A stretch of 58,034 nucleotides of DNA, counting the filler, from Bipalium vagum (taxonomy: Eukaryota), in assembly GCA_037834085.1 (NCBI GenBank). It is 3 parts of 3 records of this genome, joined end to end, with 100 filler letters (N's around TTAATTAATTAA, not from the genome) between each part and the next. Parts side by side here need not be neighbours in the genome. Positions count along the whole stretch, not along the records: positions 1 to 20,285 come from JBBMKC010256401.1; positions 20,386 to 37,406 come from JBBMKC010082244.1; 1 more part is not named here. One strand, given 5' to 3'. The translations under genes and the position numbers were made by a program. The notes beneath the pieces are model-generated. The model made no database searches. It was not told the DNA's origin and saw nothing but the letters and a program-made list of their open reading frames with translations. This document shows positions 12,301 to 25,929 of the stretch, in pieces. How positions within the stretch are numbered: position 1 is the first letter of the stretch; each line of letters begins with the position of its first letter.

Positions 12301-14479
12301 AATAATCGAAACTCAAAAAATTGATAATTATTACAAAGATTAGAAATTATCGAATAATTACATAAACAGAAATGATTAAACCACAGGACTCTTTTTATGA
12401 TCCAGATTTAAGTTTTTTGCATTAAGAAGTTACAATTATATATAGTAATGATATATCTAAAATAGAAACAAATGAAGATAATAATGAAATTATTACAAAA
12501 TTTAAGTTTGTAATCAGCATTGGTTTATTTTCATTATTTTATGTTATTTCTATGTATTTTTTGCCAAAGTCGAATTTTTTTCCAATTTTCCGGTTGAGGC
12601 AAAATTAAAGGGTAGACTAAATATAAATTTCAAAATGTGATACACTTAGCAAGTATTAAAACAAAATTTCGATATAAAAATAATGATTATTTGTTAATAA
12701 TATTTTCAGATTAATAGGTTGAAGTTTAATGCAATAAGTTGAAGAAACTTTTTGTTCAGATCAATGACTTACGAATATTAAAACGAAGTTTTTATGAAAT
12801 TAGATTTAATCAGAACTAACGAAAATTAATGACATATTTCTTTTTATTATGCCATTATCGATTTAGAAATTCTGAAAAATTATTATTACTAAACAGCTTT
12901 ATATTTTTCAATTTTCAAATAATAATTTGTTTTAAATAGTATGAAATTTTAATTAGAAATTTTTCATAATAAAAAGCCGATGATGATGTATTAATTGAAT
13001 TAAATTAAAAAATATTTTTCCGATGCTTAATAGTCAGATTCAGATTTGACTTAGAACAAAGTTTTCGTTGTAATTATACTCTTATCAAAACGATTGAAAA
13101 TTCTTGCATCTGTCAAAAACGTCCCAGAGATTTTTTGAGGAGACGATATTAATCAACGTGACAGGTAACAGACAAAAATGAATAACATAATTAATTGTCA
13201 TTTAAATTGTAATTAAATAAATTTGACTTCACGCGAAGAACGGATTCCCGTAGGGCGTTGACATATTCAGATTGATATTGATAATCTTAGGGCAACCCAA
13301 CCCTTAAAAGCTAAAGTTGAAGAATTATTTTCAAAGAATAATTGAGGAAGAAATCAATTTCTTTTCAATTAATTAGGGTACGCAAATTATTCATTTCTGA
13401 TCAGATTGACATCACAAACAATTATTGTTATTATTCTTTCTTAAATAATTGAACAAAATATCTCAAGATAATAAAAAACCAAATGAATTGAGTCTTAAAA
13501 TTTAATTGATGAGTCTCTCAAAGTTCAGACAATATTTATTAATTTCAAACATAATTTATGATATACTAAGAAGCAAAACTATTATGTTAACTAGTTTTCT
13601 CTAATCATATTTTGCAAACTCTGGAGAATTTAATATTAATTAATATTTATCTGTGTTTCTTTAGAAGAATAGAATTATTTTATTTTATTTATATAACATA
13701 TTAATTGAGAATTTTTAATTTAAACGTATGAAAAAATGGTCACGTGGTTAATTAATTATTTTTATTTTTATTTATATGACAAACATTTAAAATTGACGAT
13801 ATATACGTGTGAAAAAATACTTTCCCTTTTGATACTTTCTTCAAAATTATTATGTTAATATTTTTATGACATTGAATTCCTATATCGAAATTTTCAATAT
13901 TTTTGGTTTAAATTAAGAGGACGCATTAATTCTTGTCTAAAATTTAAATAAGCAATAACATTAGTTATATTTGTATTAAAGTCAAAATAAAAATTTATTT
14001 CAAATATCCAATTATCTAATGTAGGTTTAAATAAGGTTCAAAATGCTATTTGTTTAAATAAACTTTAAAAAGGTCAAAATTCCATTTTAGTATTTACTAA
14101 TGCTTTATTTGATTTCAGTAGAAGAAGTTCATTAAATGCGTGAGAAAAAAAATCAAATAGTTTAGATGGGTTACCAGACTTAAATCAGCTACTTCGATTT
14201 TAATGATAAAGACAATATCAGACAAAAAAGTCTGAAGATAATAAATTGTAATATTTATTAAATGAAAACCCCGTTAAACCAGAGAAACAATTGGGTATGA
14301 CACTAAATATTGTCAATCTTTGAATTTTATGCTCCGATTAAATAGAGAGACTTTTATTTCGTTTCTCATAAATCTTATGTAAAGGTCTAATTAGAATTAT
14401 CATAAGAAATTGTGGCTAATCCATTTATATCATATAACTACCCTCGAATTTATTTATTAGTTTTAGTTTTTAATTTATA

Positions 14480-14920
14480 CATTCAAATTATTGTTTAAAA
14501 AATTATGAAAATTGGTACCATGTGTTTGAAAAAAATATAATTCAGAACCATTTGAACACCTCAGTCTAAATTTTTTCCAGGCACCAAAAGAAGATTTTTC
14601 TGTGGATAAAAATAACTAGAGATGAGAAATGAATCTTATTTGACAATATAAAACGCAAAAGGTTATAGCTTAGGTCAGTTTAACCAATATCAGCGGCTAA
14701 ACATTAATGCTCTGCATTTAGTGGAGATCAAAAATATTTTATTTATTTTGAGCTTCAGTCACCAAATGAGGTCTTTATAGGAGATCGGTACAAACATCAA
14801 TTAATTAAATTGACTATAGATAATATGCATAACGACTTGATGTTTCTCATTTCACTCGGCTACATGTCGTAAAATGTGTAAAAGAAACGCTGCTGTGATT
14901 TAGTTTGGAAGTGCCATAGT
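14480..14920 (+). mobile_element. Decayed mariner relic
   Basis: ITRDEK*ILFDNIKRKR (~14612-14660) and MLCI*W (~14708). Confidence 0.7.
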
Positions 14921-14939
14921 ACGAAATATTTTAAATAAT

Positions 14940-15385
14940 TCCATGAAAATATGTCAATTTGTGCCAAACCTTTAAAATTGAAAATAAAAAGAGGTTTGTG
15001 GAGATTTACAAATTATAAATGCTAAAAACCTTTATATCAATTACAAAGAATTTAAATTTCTATGGTCACAGCAATAAATGTTCAAAATTGTGATGGTAGC
15101 ATACCTTTTGGTTTTAAAAGTCTCTAATTCCTCAATTAAAATTCATACCCGTTGCAGTCCCAGCAGAGTTTGCAATTACATGGAAAAATTTAGATACATA
15201 ATAATGCAAAACTTGGAACATGAAGATGATATATAGGCGGAGAAGACGTCATAGTTAGTAGGGATTGACTAAAAACGTTGTGTAAAAGTACAGCCGTGAA
15301 TATCATGTAAGTGGTATTAGGATCGTTCGTGGTGTAGAGGGCACAGAAAAGAAAATGATCTTCATGTTCGAAATATACGAAAATG
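14940..15385 (+). mobile_element. Merlin transposase relic (N-terminal to core)
   Basis: IGGEDVIVSRD..KYSREYHVSGIRIVRGVEGTEKKMIF resembles IGGPGIIVEIDES..KYHRGHRVEGVWVVGGVERT. Confidence 0.7.
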
Positions 15386-17074
15386 GTTTTGTCATTTAAG
15401 AAATATAATTACAAAATAAAAATTACAAAATTAGTTAATTTAAATAAAGAAAAGGTAACCATAAAAATATCAGACCCTGGTTTTTATACTAACCAAAAAT
15501 ACTTCACAGAACTTATCAATGAACGGTACCAAAATATAAGAATTACTCAAACAGACTGTTCATTAAAAATAAATAAAAAATGAGATTAGTTTTGAACAAA
15601 CCTATTATTATAAAATGCTTTGTCCTATGGATGGTATGTATATCAAAGCATGGTCATAGACATTGTCCATTTTAGCAAAAAGCGAAATTATGCTCTAATT
15701 ATCATCGCTTGTTAGCTTTATTAAACATTTTTCTTATTTGAAATTTCTTTATATAAACTTTTTGATGTTAATAATTACAGATTAATTTTGTGAAATATAC
15801 AAAGATTTGTAAGATAATTATTTACTTTTTCAAACTTTTTCCTAATTACGTATTGTATAATTAATAAGATATTTAAACAAATAATAATTAAGCTACATTT
15901 CCCCTTTTCATTGAAAAAAAGTAAATTTAAATATTTTTCATTATACTTATCTTGGTTTAAATTTCTCATGATTATTTAAGACTGGGCTGAAATATTGGAA
16001 ACCAATTGTACACCAACAATTGTATATTAATTTATTATTCAATAATTTTTTATAATAAAATATACTTGATAAAATTAATATTGAAACCTGATAAAACTGG
16101 CACAAATTACAATGTTCCGTGAAACTATTAATAAAAAATTAGCAGGTGTACTGAAAGTTTTAAATAAATAGAATCACTATTAATGGTTTATGTTTAATTG
16201 TTAGCTCTATATTATAAGACTATTGTCATTATTCTATTTTAATCAAGTTCAGAAAAAATCTGATTCCTAATGTTATAGTTATGTTCGCTAATAGATAAGT
16301 GAATTTCAGAGATCAGATAACAAGTTTATTTAATTTTATTTAATCGAAACACAGCCAACCTAATCCGTCATTTTTCGAATGTCTCAAAATATTCCACATA
16401 ATATTAAAATGTCTTAAAATGACAACTACTAGAATTAAAATAAATATCATAGGATTTTTCGTTATATTAAATAATTTTGTCAACCAATTAAATAATTTTT
16501 CCAATTAATTAAATAATGTTGTCAACCTATTACATAGACTTGTCAATCAATTAAATAATTAAAAAAAATTATTTAAAAACAACAATAACAATTTTCATTC
16601 ATTAATTACTTTTCTGGTGGAGCATTTAGTAAGATAGGGAAAAATTTTCTTATAAAAAGGCCCACAATAAACTTCAAAAATTTGATTAAACTTACTCGAA
16701 ATTAACCATTTAGCACCTGTTCGTTTTTTGCTCCTCCACGAATAACTAGATTCTTCCTAACCGATAATACATATTAGATAGGATTTTAAAATGGAGAAAT
16801 TTGAGGGAGATACAGTTTTTCAAGTGATGTAATTTCAATCCACGATAATGATGAATTCTAGCATTTTTCTTTTCAAGTGTACTGGTAATTGTCTTTACGA
16901 AATAACTTAGCTGCAATTTTCTTTTCTGTGATACGATTAGTCTTTTCGGCCTTCGATGTTCTTTTTCCTGAACTTGTTACGTTTGAATATTTTCACCAGG
17001 TAAGTTGAACATATTTCAGGTATAAAAATACATGCATTAAAGAAAACTTTTTTATAGTTTTCTGATCAATTACA

Positions 17075-18200
17075 TACGATGGTTTTCTTTTAGGTTTTGC
17101 ATAGAGATATAAAAATAACGCAAAAAAGACTTAATATTCAAAATATCAGTTTTCAAAATATTGTCCACAAAGATTTACACACTTTTCTGTGCGCTTAAAC
17201 CAATTGTGAAAGTAATTATTCAACTCATCAGCTGTAATACCAAAAATGACCATTTTGAATATGTCGATTACCTCTTTCGGTGACTTGAACTGTTGGCCAC
17301 GAAGTTTATTCTTCATGTTTGGAAATGTGGTAAAGTCGTCTGGACTTAGATGGGGACTATATGGTGGATGACCCAATAATTCTAAATTTTGAGATGATGA
17401 AAAATCTGTTGTTACTAGAGCTGTATGTGAACTAGCATTGTTGTGATGAAGAATGATTTTCCGTTTTATGTTTGCTCTTCGTTTTTTTTGTTCTACTGCA
17501 ATTATTTCTGGCAAACAGATTGTTGTAAAGCATTACGAGAACAGGTAAGTCGTGTCGAATTCTCCTCAGATTTGAACTCCCAAACACATGATTGACTTTT
17601 ATTTTCAGGCTCATACAAATAAATCCATGATATGTCAACACATTTTTTGACCTTCCGTTTTTGGACCTATTTAATGTTTTTCTGCACCAGTTGACTCGAG
17701 CTACTTTTTGTTCATCAGTCAGAAAATGTGGGATCAACGGGAAACTAACTTTCTCACATTCAGGTCTTCATGCAGGATCTTGTGCAACGAGGTCTTTGAA
17801 ATACTCAGCGAGCACTCCATCTCACGATATGCTGCAAGTCGATCTTCCACAATGTGCTAAAGTAAGCATCACTTTTTTTCCTGGGTAACTGCTGTTCGTC
17901 TTGTACCAATTCTCCGCTTGTCGGTCAGACTACAGCATCCACGTTGGTAATCGCAGTACCAACTAGAAATGACAGACTGATGTGGTGCTTTATCCACAAG
18001 AACAGATATCATTTCGAATCGATATTGTTCCTGAGATAATTTCTCTTCTAAAATTATACAGGATTGTTGCTCGTACATTTTTTCATTGATTATGTTTTTT
18101 TAAATAGTCGCTATAAAAAAGACTTTGATAAGCAAAATATATAATTCTTAGTATATAAATAGATGTTTGTTCCACATAATGATATTTTGAGAACAAAAAA
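17075..18200 (-). mobile_element. Near full-length decayed mariner
   Basis: Three ORFs in order: HTH (17869-18078), IPHFLTDEQKVARVNWC (17432-17737), ILHHNNASSH..GHPPYSPHLSPDDF..KCVNLCGQYFE (17146-17514). TIRs not resolved. Confidence 0.92.
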
Positions 18201-20285
18201 GCAAATCCACAAAACACTAAATAGTTTGAAATATAATATTCAAGATGTAATTAGGGAAATTGGACCAAATTTATATTTGAAAACGATCACGAATTTTGAA
18301 GAAAGATTAATATATTGTGAAGAGTGTTGACAGTCATTTGAACGATATTATCTTTCATATGTAATTGTAATGAGTTGCTTTTTATATAAAATAAAGCTTT
18401 TGATATTTTTTAAAATTTAAATGTTTTCTTCAACAATAACATCCAGTAGCTCTTAGTGAAACACCCTACATGTATTCATTGCTTGGAATTAGATTTAAAA
18501 ATTATATGAATATCTATTTTTAGTATAATATCATGCGTAATTATATCACATGATTATATATGCAGCATGGATAAGAAGGCCTTAGATACCAACATAAATT
18601 GAGACGTCAATGAAAATTTCTACATAAAACAATTAATATATACAATTATATATTTTTGAATTTGTCTTAATATAAATCGTTTAATGACATTATTTATGAG
18701 TCTTTCTTTAAAAATGTACTAGCCTGTTAAATTTCCCATCGTTATTCGTGATTTGTTTCATAAACATTAAAGGAAAACATTATTTATCCGCTACATAAAA
18801 CATATACCAATAACGAAAATTGACTATTAAGGGACACTGGTTTTGTGATAGGTTTGCACATGTAATGCATATTTCATATAACTTACAATGGAAAAAATAT
18901 TATATGGTAATATTTTATTAAAAAATAATTTTTTAATATAATATCTGACATTCACTAAAGGGTTTAAATGATACCTTAATTATTAATAATTAACCTCTCA
19001 GTCAGAAGTTTTTGGTTTTATTTGGAAAACACTACCACAGAAAATCATAAATTATTGTTTATCTTTTTCAATCTTAACCAAATTGTTAAGAATGATTAAA
19101 ACAATTTAAAATGATGGATTAAGTGTGTAACACAAGAAAAGTTCAGAGAAAATAAGAAAAATATAAGATAAAGAATTTTAAAAAACACTTTAAAACATTA
19201 AAAAATGTTTGATGAAATGTCATTTACATTAAATAATGGCAGAAACGCTGATGGTACACATTTGCATTCATTATGAATGCTATTTGGTTGTTCGGAAAGT
19301 CACTTTGCAAAAGTCACTTTTAAAAAGTAAGATGAGAAATTTTTAAATATTTTAATCAATGATGTATTATCCTTTTTGTTTCTAGGCCTTCTGCTATCTA
19401 CCATCTAATTTTAATATCCAAAACTTTAAAATGATTTGAATGGTTTAAATAAAGATTTAAAGAAAAAAATAAAAAACAATGTATTTTTCTGAAAAACTCA
19501 ATCAAAAATCGAAAAAAATGACTTTTCACTGAAGTTATATTCTTGTCCGATTAGTCAAACAAACTTTTCAAACTTAGACCTCACTTTTTATTAAAGATAA
19601 ATTATTTACTTTTTTAAAATTAACCAACATTTATTTTAAATATTTATTTAAAAATTAAAAAATACGTAACATTATAATTTTTAAAAACTTTAAATTAAAA
19701 ACATTTAATAATTGTTAATTTAGGCGAGAGGTCCATATTTAAAAAAATTCAACCAAACTAATTGTTCGAATCACTCCTTATAATGAATTTTATGCAAAAG
19801 TAAGGAAAGTCGTAGTATTCTTAAAACTTAAGTATTCCGTAACGAAAGGAAAAATAATATATTTTTTTTCTACAAGAGTCAAATGAATCAATATCAACAT
19901 TACGAAGATTTATGAAAGTAAAGAATACAAAGATTGTCGTATGACAGGTTGTATGTCAAGTTAGAATAATCAAAGATCAAGTAAGAGTAATCAATTTTGG
20001 AAGAGCTGTATCGACAAAATATTTGTAAAATTGATGATAACTTAAGAAAAAGTAATTTGTTTTAAAAATTATTTATGCAAATAAAAAAAATAACAGAATT
20101 TTGATATATTCTTTTAAATATAGAAAAGTAAAATATCCATTTTATTATATTACCTACGGCTGTCATATCAATAACTAACATGGTTTATGGCAGTGTCGGT
20201 AGGAGTTCTTTAATAATTGAGTATAGTTTCCAACGAATTTCAGCTTTGATAAATTGTTTTGCATTTATATCCGCATCATTAATAA

Positions 20286-20385
20286 NNNNNNNNNNNNNNN
20301 NNNNNNNNNNNNNNNNNNNNNNNNNNNNNTTAATTAATTAANNNNNNNNNNNNNNNNNNNNNNNNNNNNNNNNNNNNNNNNNNNN
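20286..20385. other. Artificial assembly linker/gap
   Basis: 44 N + TTAATTAATTAA (stops in all six frames) + 44 N = exactly 100 bp; identical to 37407-37506. Confidence 0.97.
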
Positions 20386-22397
20386 ATAATATTTAAAATT
20401 CATTTTTCAAAATTTATTTAATTAATTTTAAATTAATAATTAAAATGCATGATTTTAAATTGACCAGCGTATTAACTAAACCTTATTTTTCGCCAAAAGT
20501 TTATTTATAAAGATTAAAAGATTGGAGTCGAACCTCAACACAAGGTTGTACATTTTCGGACTACGAATTTTTATCATGTTTTTCTTGGTATAATAATTGT
20601 ATGATTTACTTTATATCTGATTCAAAATCAATCAAAAATATGACGGAACTGCTTTAGTATGTTTAGAAGACAATACTTTTTTAAAATTTTGAAAAAAATA
20701 TACGAGTGCCTTTTTAAAAATAAAATTTAATTCGAAAGATATAAATAATTATGCATTTTCACAATTATTTATAAGCAAATTAATTTTAAAAAATGAAATA
20801 CTTATAAAATAATTTTTCCAAATATTTTAAAATGAGTTAAATTGTGACACGAGTCCAGCAGTTTTTGGAAACAATATTAAAGATCTTCTGATGACGTTAA
20901 TACTTTAAATTTTATTACAAAAATCCTTTGGAACTAATAATTACGCCTCTCTAAATTTCACTCATTCTACGTCAATAGTGTTTGGTTCTAGAATTAATAA
21001 TGATTATATTATTAATTAATAATAAAATTTTCCAAAAACGATATATTAAAATCTGGTTGAGTAATGGAGTTGTCAGATGCAAATCATTTAATTAATTATT
21101 AAAACAAAAATCTATTTGAATAAACCATGATAAATATCCTACCAGAGCGACCAATTGGTCCACGAATCATAAGATAGTAATACTTTATTTTATATATTTT
21201 TATTGAAGAAATTTAATAATTATTATTAATTCAGAGATCTGGCAGTGAGCAATTCACACAAAATAAATTGAAAAAATTTTCATAAAATACTTTATTTGTT
21301 CTAAAAATATTAGAAATAACTGTTACTTTATGAATACAGTTTCATAAAACAAATTTAGACACCAAGGATATTTGATTTCTTTTTCCATTTTTGTCAATCC
21401 ATTACTTTCCTTTGATTAAGGAAGGCCCACATATAATTTCGATAATAAAGCTGATTATTTGTTTTATATCATAAATAACAGCACAGGTACGTAAATATAC
21501 TTAAAAATTTAAAGATTTTTGGTCAACCAAAAACGTCAATACTGTGTATTTTAAAACGAACGATTAAATTTTCATTTTATGATAAATCAGAGTTCATAAA
21601 AAATAAACACAAAAAATTCAAAATCAACCATTTTTTATATCAAATGTACCAAATATAATAACATTTCCAGTGTCGTCAGTTATCAAGCGACATTTCATTT
21701 GTTAAAATTTAACTATTGAAAGTCTTCTAAGTACATTTTTACTATTAACTTTCATGAATGTATTACGTTAAGTTCCAAATGCCATAAAAACTCATGTAAG
21801 ATCATATATAGAAAAAATACAATATAATTTATTTTATTAATAGTCTAATTCATTTATAAAAATTTCGTCAATATCCAGAAATATGGTATATAAAAGTAAA
21901 TTTTTAAGACTTATAGTGACTTCTATAATTTGAAATTAATATTAAAATAAATTGTGAAATAGTTATGACGACCTTTTTGAAAAATTTACATATTGTGTTT
22001 ATTATATTATTTAAACAAATGATTATTTTTAAAAATTAATTTCATTTTTAAACTAATGTTCTCTATTTTTAGCAATTTAATTATATTTAAAATCTAAAAA
22101 AATTTAAATGTGCTTGCAATGTAAACTTTACATGTTTAAATTTCTTATTGATTAAGTAAACAGTTTTTGAAATTTAAAAATTAATTTTGTTCTTATTTTC
22201 TAAACAAAGAGCTTAATGGGTAAGAATTTATATATTTAATATATTTTTACATATTCATAAGACAAAATATTAAAAAATCTTTTTGTATGAATTTAAAATT
22301 AAGTCTTTCCACAATTTCAAAGAACACTAGAAAATGTAAATTAAAAACAAAAATAGTGTAATAATAATAACTGGGATAAATTATTTTTAATAAAATA

Positions 22398-23040
22398 CAG
22401 TGCAACTTCTATTTTGGACCAATTTCTGAAATGGTCCACTTCTATAATCGGACGAAACTCTATAATTGGACCAATAATTTGTATTTATCATATTTCTCGA
22501 TATTTTCATATAAAAAATAAAATTCGTGGTCCAAAATTTTTAATAATCTGTTTAAAAATTTATTAATTTTATAATAATAATAATGCATATAGCATTTTCA
22601 AAATCAGGAATGAGTAAAAAATTATCATATGAAGATAAATATAATATTGCCAAGCAACTTCGCAATAAAGAATCTTCCCAGCGAATGCTATGCAAGAAAT
22701 ATACTATCAAGTCAACAATTCAAAGAATTTATACTGAATTCGAAATAAATCCTTTAAAAAAATTCAGGAACAGGCTTTGACAGTACTATTTTAGAAATGT
22801 TTCAAAGGTTACGTCAGAGAAACTTCCAGATAAATGGTCCGACATTAAAAAGCATTGTTTTAAATGTAGCAAAAAAATAGAATTGATTTCAAAGCACCGA
22901 CAGATTGGTTGGATAAATTTAAGAGACGGCATAAAATCAGTTAGAAAGTTTTATCAGAAGAAATGAAATCAGCTGATCACTCTGAAACTGAAAACTTCCG
23001 AAATATCATGAAAGAAAAAATTAGTCAATATACAGCTCAA
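22398..23040 (+). mobile_element. pogo/Tigger 5' fragment
   Basis: TA|CAGTG terminus at 22396-22402; HTH-psq-like ORF 22583-22780 (LSYEDKYNI..) and CENP-B-type WLDKFKRRHKI (~22906-22940). Confidence 0.85.
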
Positions 23041-23044
23041 TATA

Positions 23045-23785
23045 CCACTGTTCACCGTCAATGCAATAATATGTTTGTATCTCTTCTTTTATTATTATCG
23101 GTTCATCTAAGCATAATAAATTAGCACATTCTAGTAAATTACATTCCTCTGAATCGGATGAAAAAATTTCAGTATTGTCTTGGTTATCAACTCCTGCATG
23201 TTTGAAACAATTAATTATAATTTAATTCTGTATATTAATCCACGCTGAAGAAATCCATGCTACCGCATGTTTAACAGTTATTGTTTGGAAATGTTTCAAT
23301 ACGTTTTCATCTATCTCACTTACTGTCAGCAGGTAATTCAATAAAATTTGACGATACCGAAGCTTGAATATTCTAATTATTTTCTCATTTCTGTTAATTT
23401 TATTTGTTAATTCGTCCCCTACATTTTTCAAACTTGATGCAGTGCCTATTGAGATTCTATATTTCTTAGCAACAGCTCGTACGGACAAACCGTTCTACAA
23501 ATCATGGTGACATTTTATTTTCTCTAAAATACTTAAGTGCATAGTAAATATAATTTTAATTTAAATTTGTCATTTTTTATTATTTAAATAAAATTTCAAA
23601 TTTTATTTTGAATGTAACAGGTAATTTTAATTCAAAAATTTTTTAAAAAGTGTTCAAATTTTAAAGTATACAGGTTTTCAATTAACACAGGTGACAATAA
23701 CTTATATTTACAGTGTACGGAATTAAATGTTCAAATAAAAGAGGTATTCAGCTAACAAAGCTGTTCATGTATGCAGGTTTCACTG
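23045..23785 (-). mobile_element. Internally deleted pogo/Tigger
   Basis: CACTG|TA terminus at 23781-23787; ORF 23222-23488 fuses HTH (SVRAVAKKYRISIGTAS) to the C-terminal ITVKHAVAWISSAW..IINCFKHAG. Confidence 0.8.
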
Positions 23786-24302
23786 TAAATCTTAAATTTA
23801 ATCAAAATCTGACTCCACACAATTTAAAAACGATTAAAAAATAAAATTGAACAAAATAAAAATACATTTTATTTCGATTAAAATATATTGTTTTATTTTA
23901 ACAATTTAGAAACTAGATAACACTTTATTGAAGACAATAATGGATACTTTGAAGGGAAGTGAAAAGTCCTTTTGATAAGAAATAAATAATAAATAAACAA
24001 CTATATTAGACAAAACGCAAGAAAAAATATTAACTACTTGAATTGATTAGCCCTTATCAATTTGAAACATTTTTCTTACGCAACTATCGCAGTTACAATG
24101 ACCTTGAAATTACCGAGAAATATGTATGACATTATTTCTGATTTTTGACTCGAAATCTAGAGTAATTTTATTATAGAATGACTAACTACTATAAGACAAT
24201 TATTATTCCATTGACCCCATTGACTTAACGTTTGATCGGGCTCATAATGATTTGCGTCAATGGGCAAAATGATTACGACTAACTTAATTAAATTTATTAA
24301 TA

Positions 24303-24873
24303 CAGTACCCTCTAAAATTTTTTATTTTTTTGTAAAGTGTACTAATAGTTTATTATTTGATGTTATTCTTGTTTAAGTAACTTAAATTTAAAATTATTTA
24401 TTTTTAATAAACATTTTAACATTGGATGTTACGGAAACCAAATAAAAAAGACCAGATATATACACCAAACTTGGACCTAAGTTAAATAAATGAAGATGCT
24501 TTTCTTTGAATGATGTGAAGCTATTAAAAAAGATATAAAGTTAAATGGATGCCAAATTATATCAGAGAAGCACACTAAATGATATTATTGTCGTTGCTAA
24601 ATGTTTAGTACACCCTAAGTATAATTTCATATTCCACCATGGTTTGGAAACTTCACATAAAGCAGTTCAACGACACTCGTATTCATTGAATAGAAAATAT
24701 TGTCAAAATCTCGTGGAATTAATGGGGATTCGAGTCAAATCTGTTCTCAATATAAAAATGCATCACACTGGGTATTAGAATGTAATTATGATGAAAATTT
24801 GAAAAATATTTTTTGATTTATATTATTTTTTATTTATTGGATATAGGGGTAAATAAACTTTTAGAGGGTACTG
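24303..24873 (+). mobile_element. Non-autonomous Tc1 derivative (571 bp)
   Basis: Perfect 15-bp TIR cagtaccctctaaaa with TA flanks (24301-02, 24874-75); Tc1 C-terminus CQNLVELMGIRVKSVL..HTGY*. Confidence 0.9.
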
Positions 24874-24889
24874 TAATTAAAATCCAATA

Positions 24890-25400
24890 TTTGGTAACAT
24901 ATTAATATTGTTGATGAAAATCCTTTGCCACATTACATGCATGAAACCAAGCGTCAAAGTTTTCAGTGTGTTGCACCTGGTGAACGACAGATGGTTCATG
25001 CTAAGTCAGCCACATCAGTTGGAATATATCAAGTTACTGTACTCTAGAACAGGAAAAAACTTATCAAGTTGACCATCAAAGTACATCATCAGTGCTTGTC
25101 TATCACAGCGATTTGCTTCAAATTGTGCAACCAAAAACATGTATTTGGTCAAATCAGTGAACGGAAGTGTCAGTTGCTTCTACATCGACCGTATCCACCA
25201 GACCTAGGACTTAGGGATTACAACCTATTTGGTTTCATGAAAGATGTCCTCCACACTGTTAATTTCACGAGAGAACGTTAGATAAATGCATCCGTGAAGA
25301 ACTCACTAAAGTGGTTCTAAAAGAAGTAAAGGGATAAAGAAACTGGAGAGACTTTGGAGACTTGCATGTTGATTATGTAAAACTGTGACATATGTGGTTA
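24890..25400 (+). mobile_element. Decayed mariner relic
   Basis: HETKRQSFQ (~24940) and LLHRPYPPDLGLRDYNLFG (ORF 25069-25281). Confidence 0.72.
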
Positions 25401-25929
25401 TCCTTTGCTTGTTGTTGCTTAATAAATACAGGACTGTGTATTCTCAAAACCAACTTCAATTCGAAAAATGCAAATGAAAAGATTTTGCGCTGGCTAACCT
25501 AGGTGCAGAGTCCATCTGAAAACATCTGTAAACTTTGTCCTACTTATCGGAGTACATGAATAGTTACTGGAAGAGAAGTTTTAGCTTGAAATATTTTTAT
25601 AGAACAAATCAAGTAAAACTGGTTTTTTTCCTATTAAACATAAAAGACTTTCTTGAAATTTATCTTTTGTTTTATGGGTCCTCAAATCGACCAGTTTTTA
25701 GTTAAATATATTTTTTAATTCGTTAAATTGTATGAGTTCATGATTAAAAAGCTTGAAAAATCCAATCATTTTTTTCTTTTTTAAAAATATTTAATTTAAT
25801 TTTCCGTATTTAATCATGTGACAAAGTTTCCGAATTAAAAGCTAAATTTTCTATTATTTATAATTTCAATTAATAATTAATTAAAAAATCAATATCAATT
25901 TTAAAGATTAAATATTAATATTAAATAAA

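Noticed and set aside
16990-17025. Polypyrimidine-AG|GTAAGT recursive-splice-like motif
   Set aside because: No plus-strand host gene can be identified around it; may be chance or an ordinary exon end.
20330-20341. TTAATTAATTAA palindrome repeated at 37451-37462
   Set aside because: Artificial six-frame-stop linker centred in identical 100-bp N gaps; not biological.
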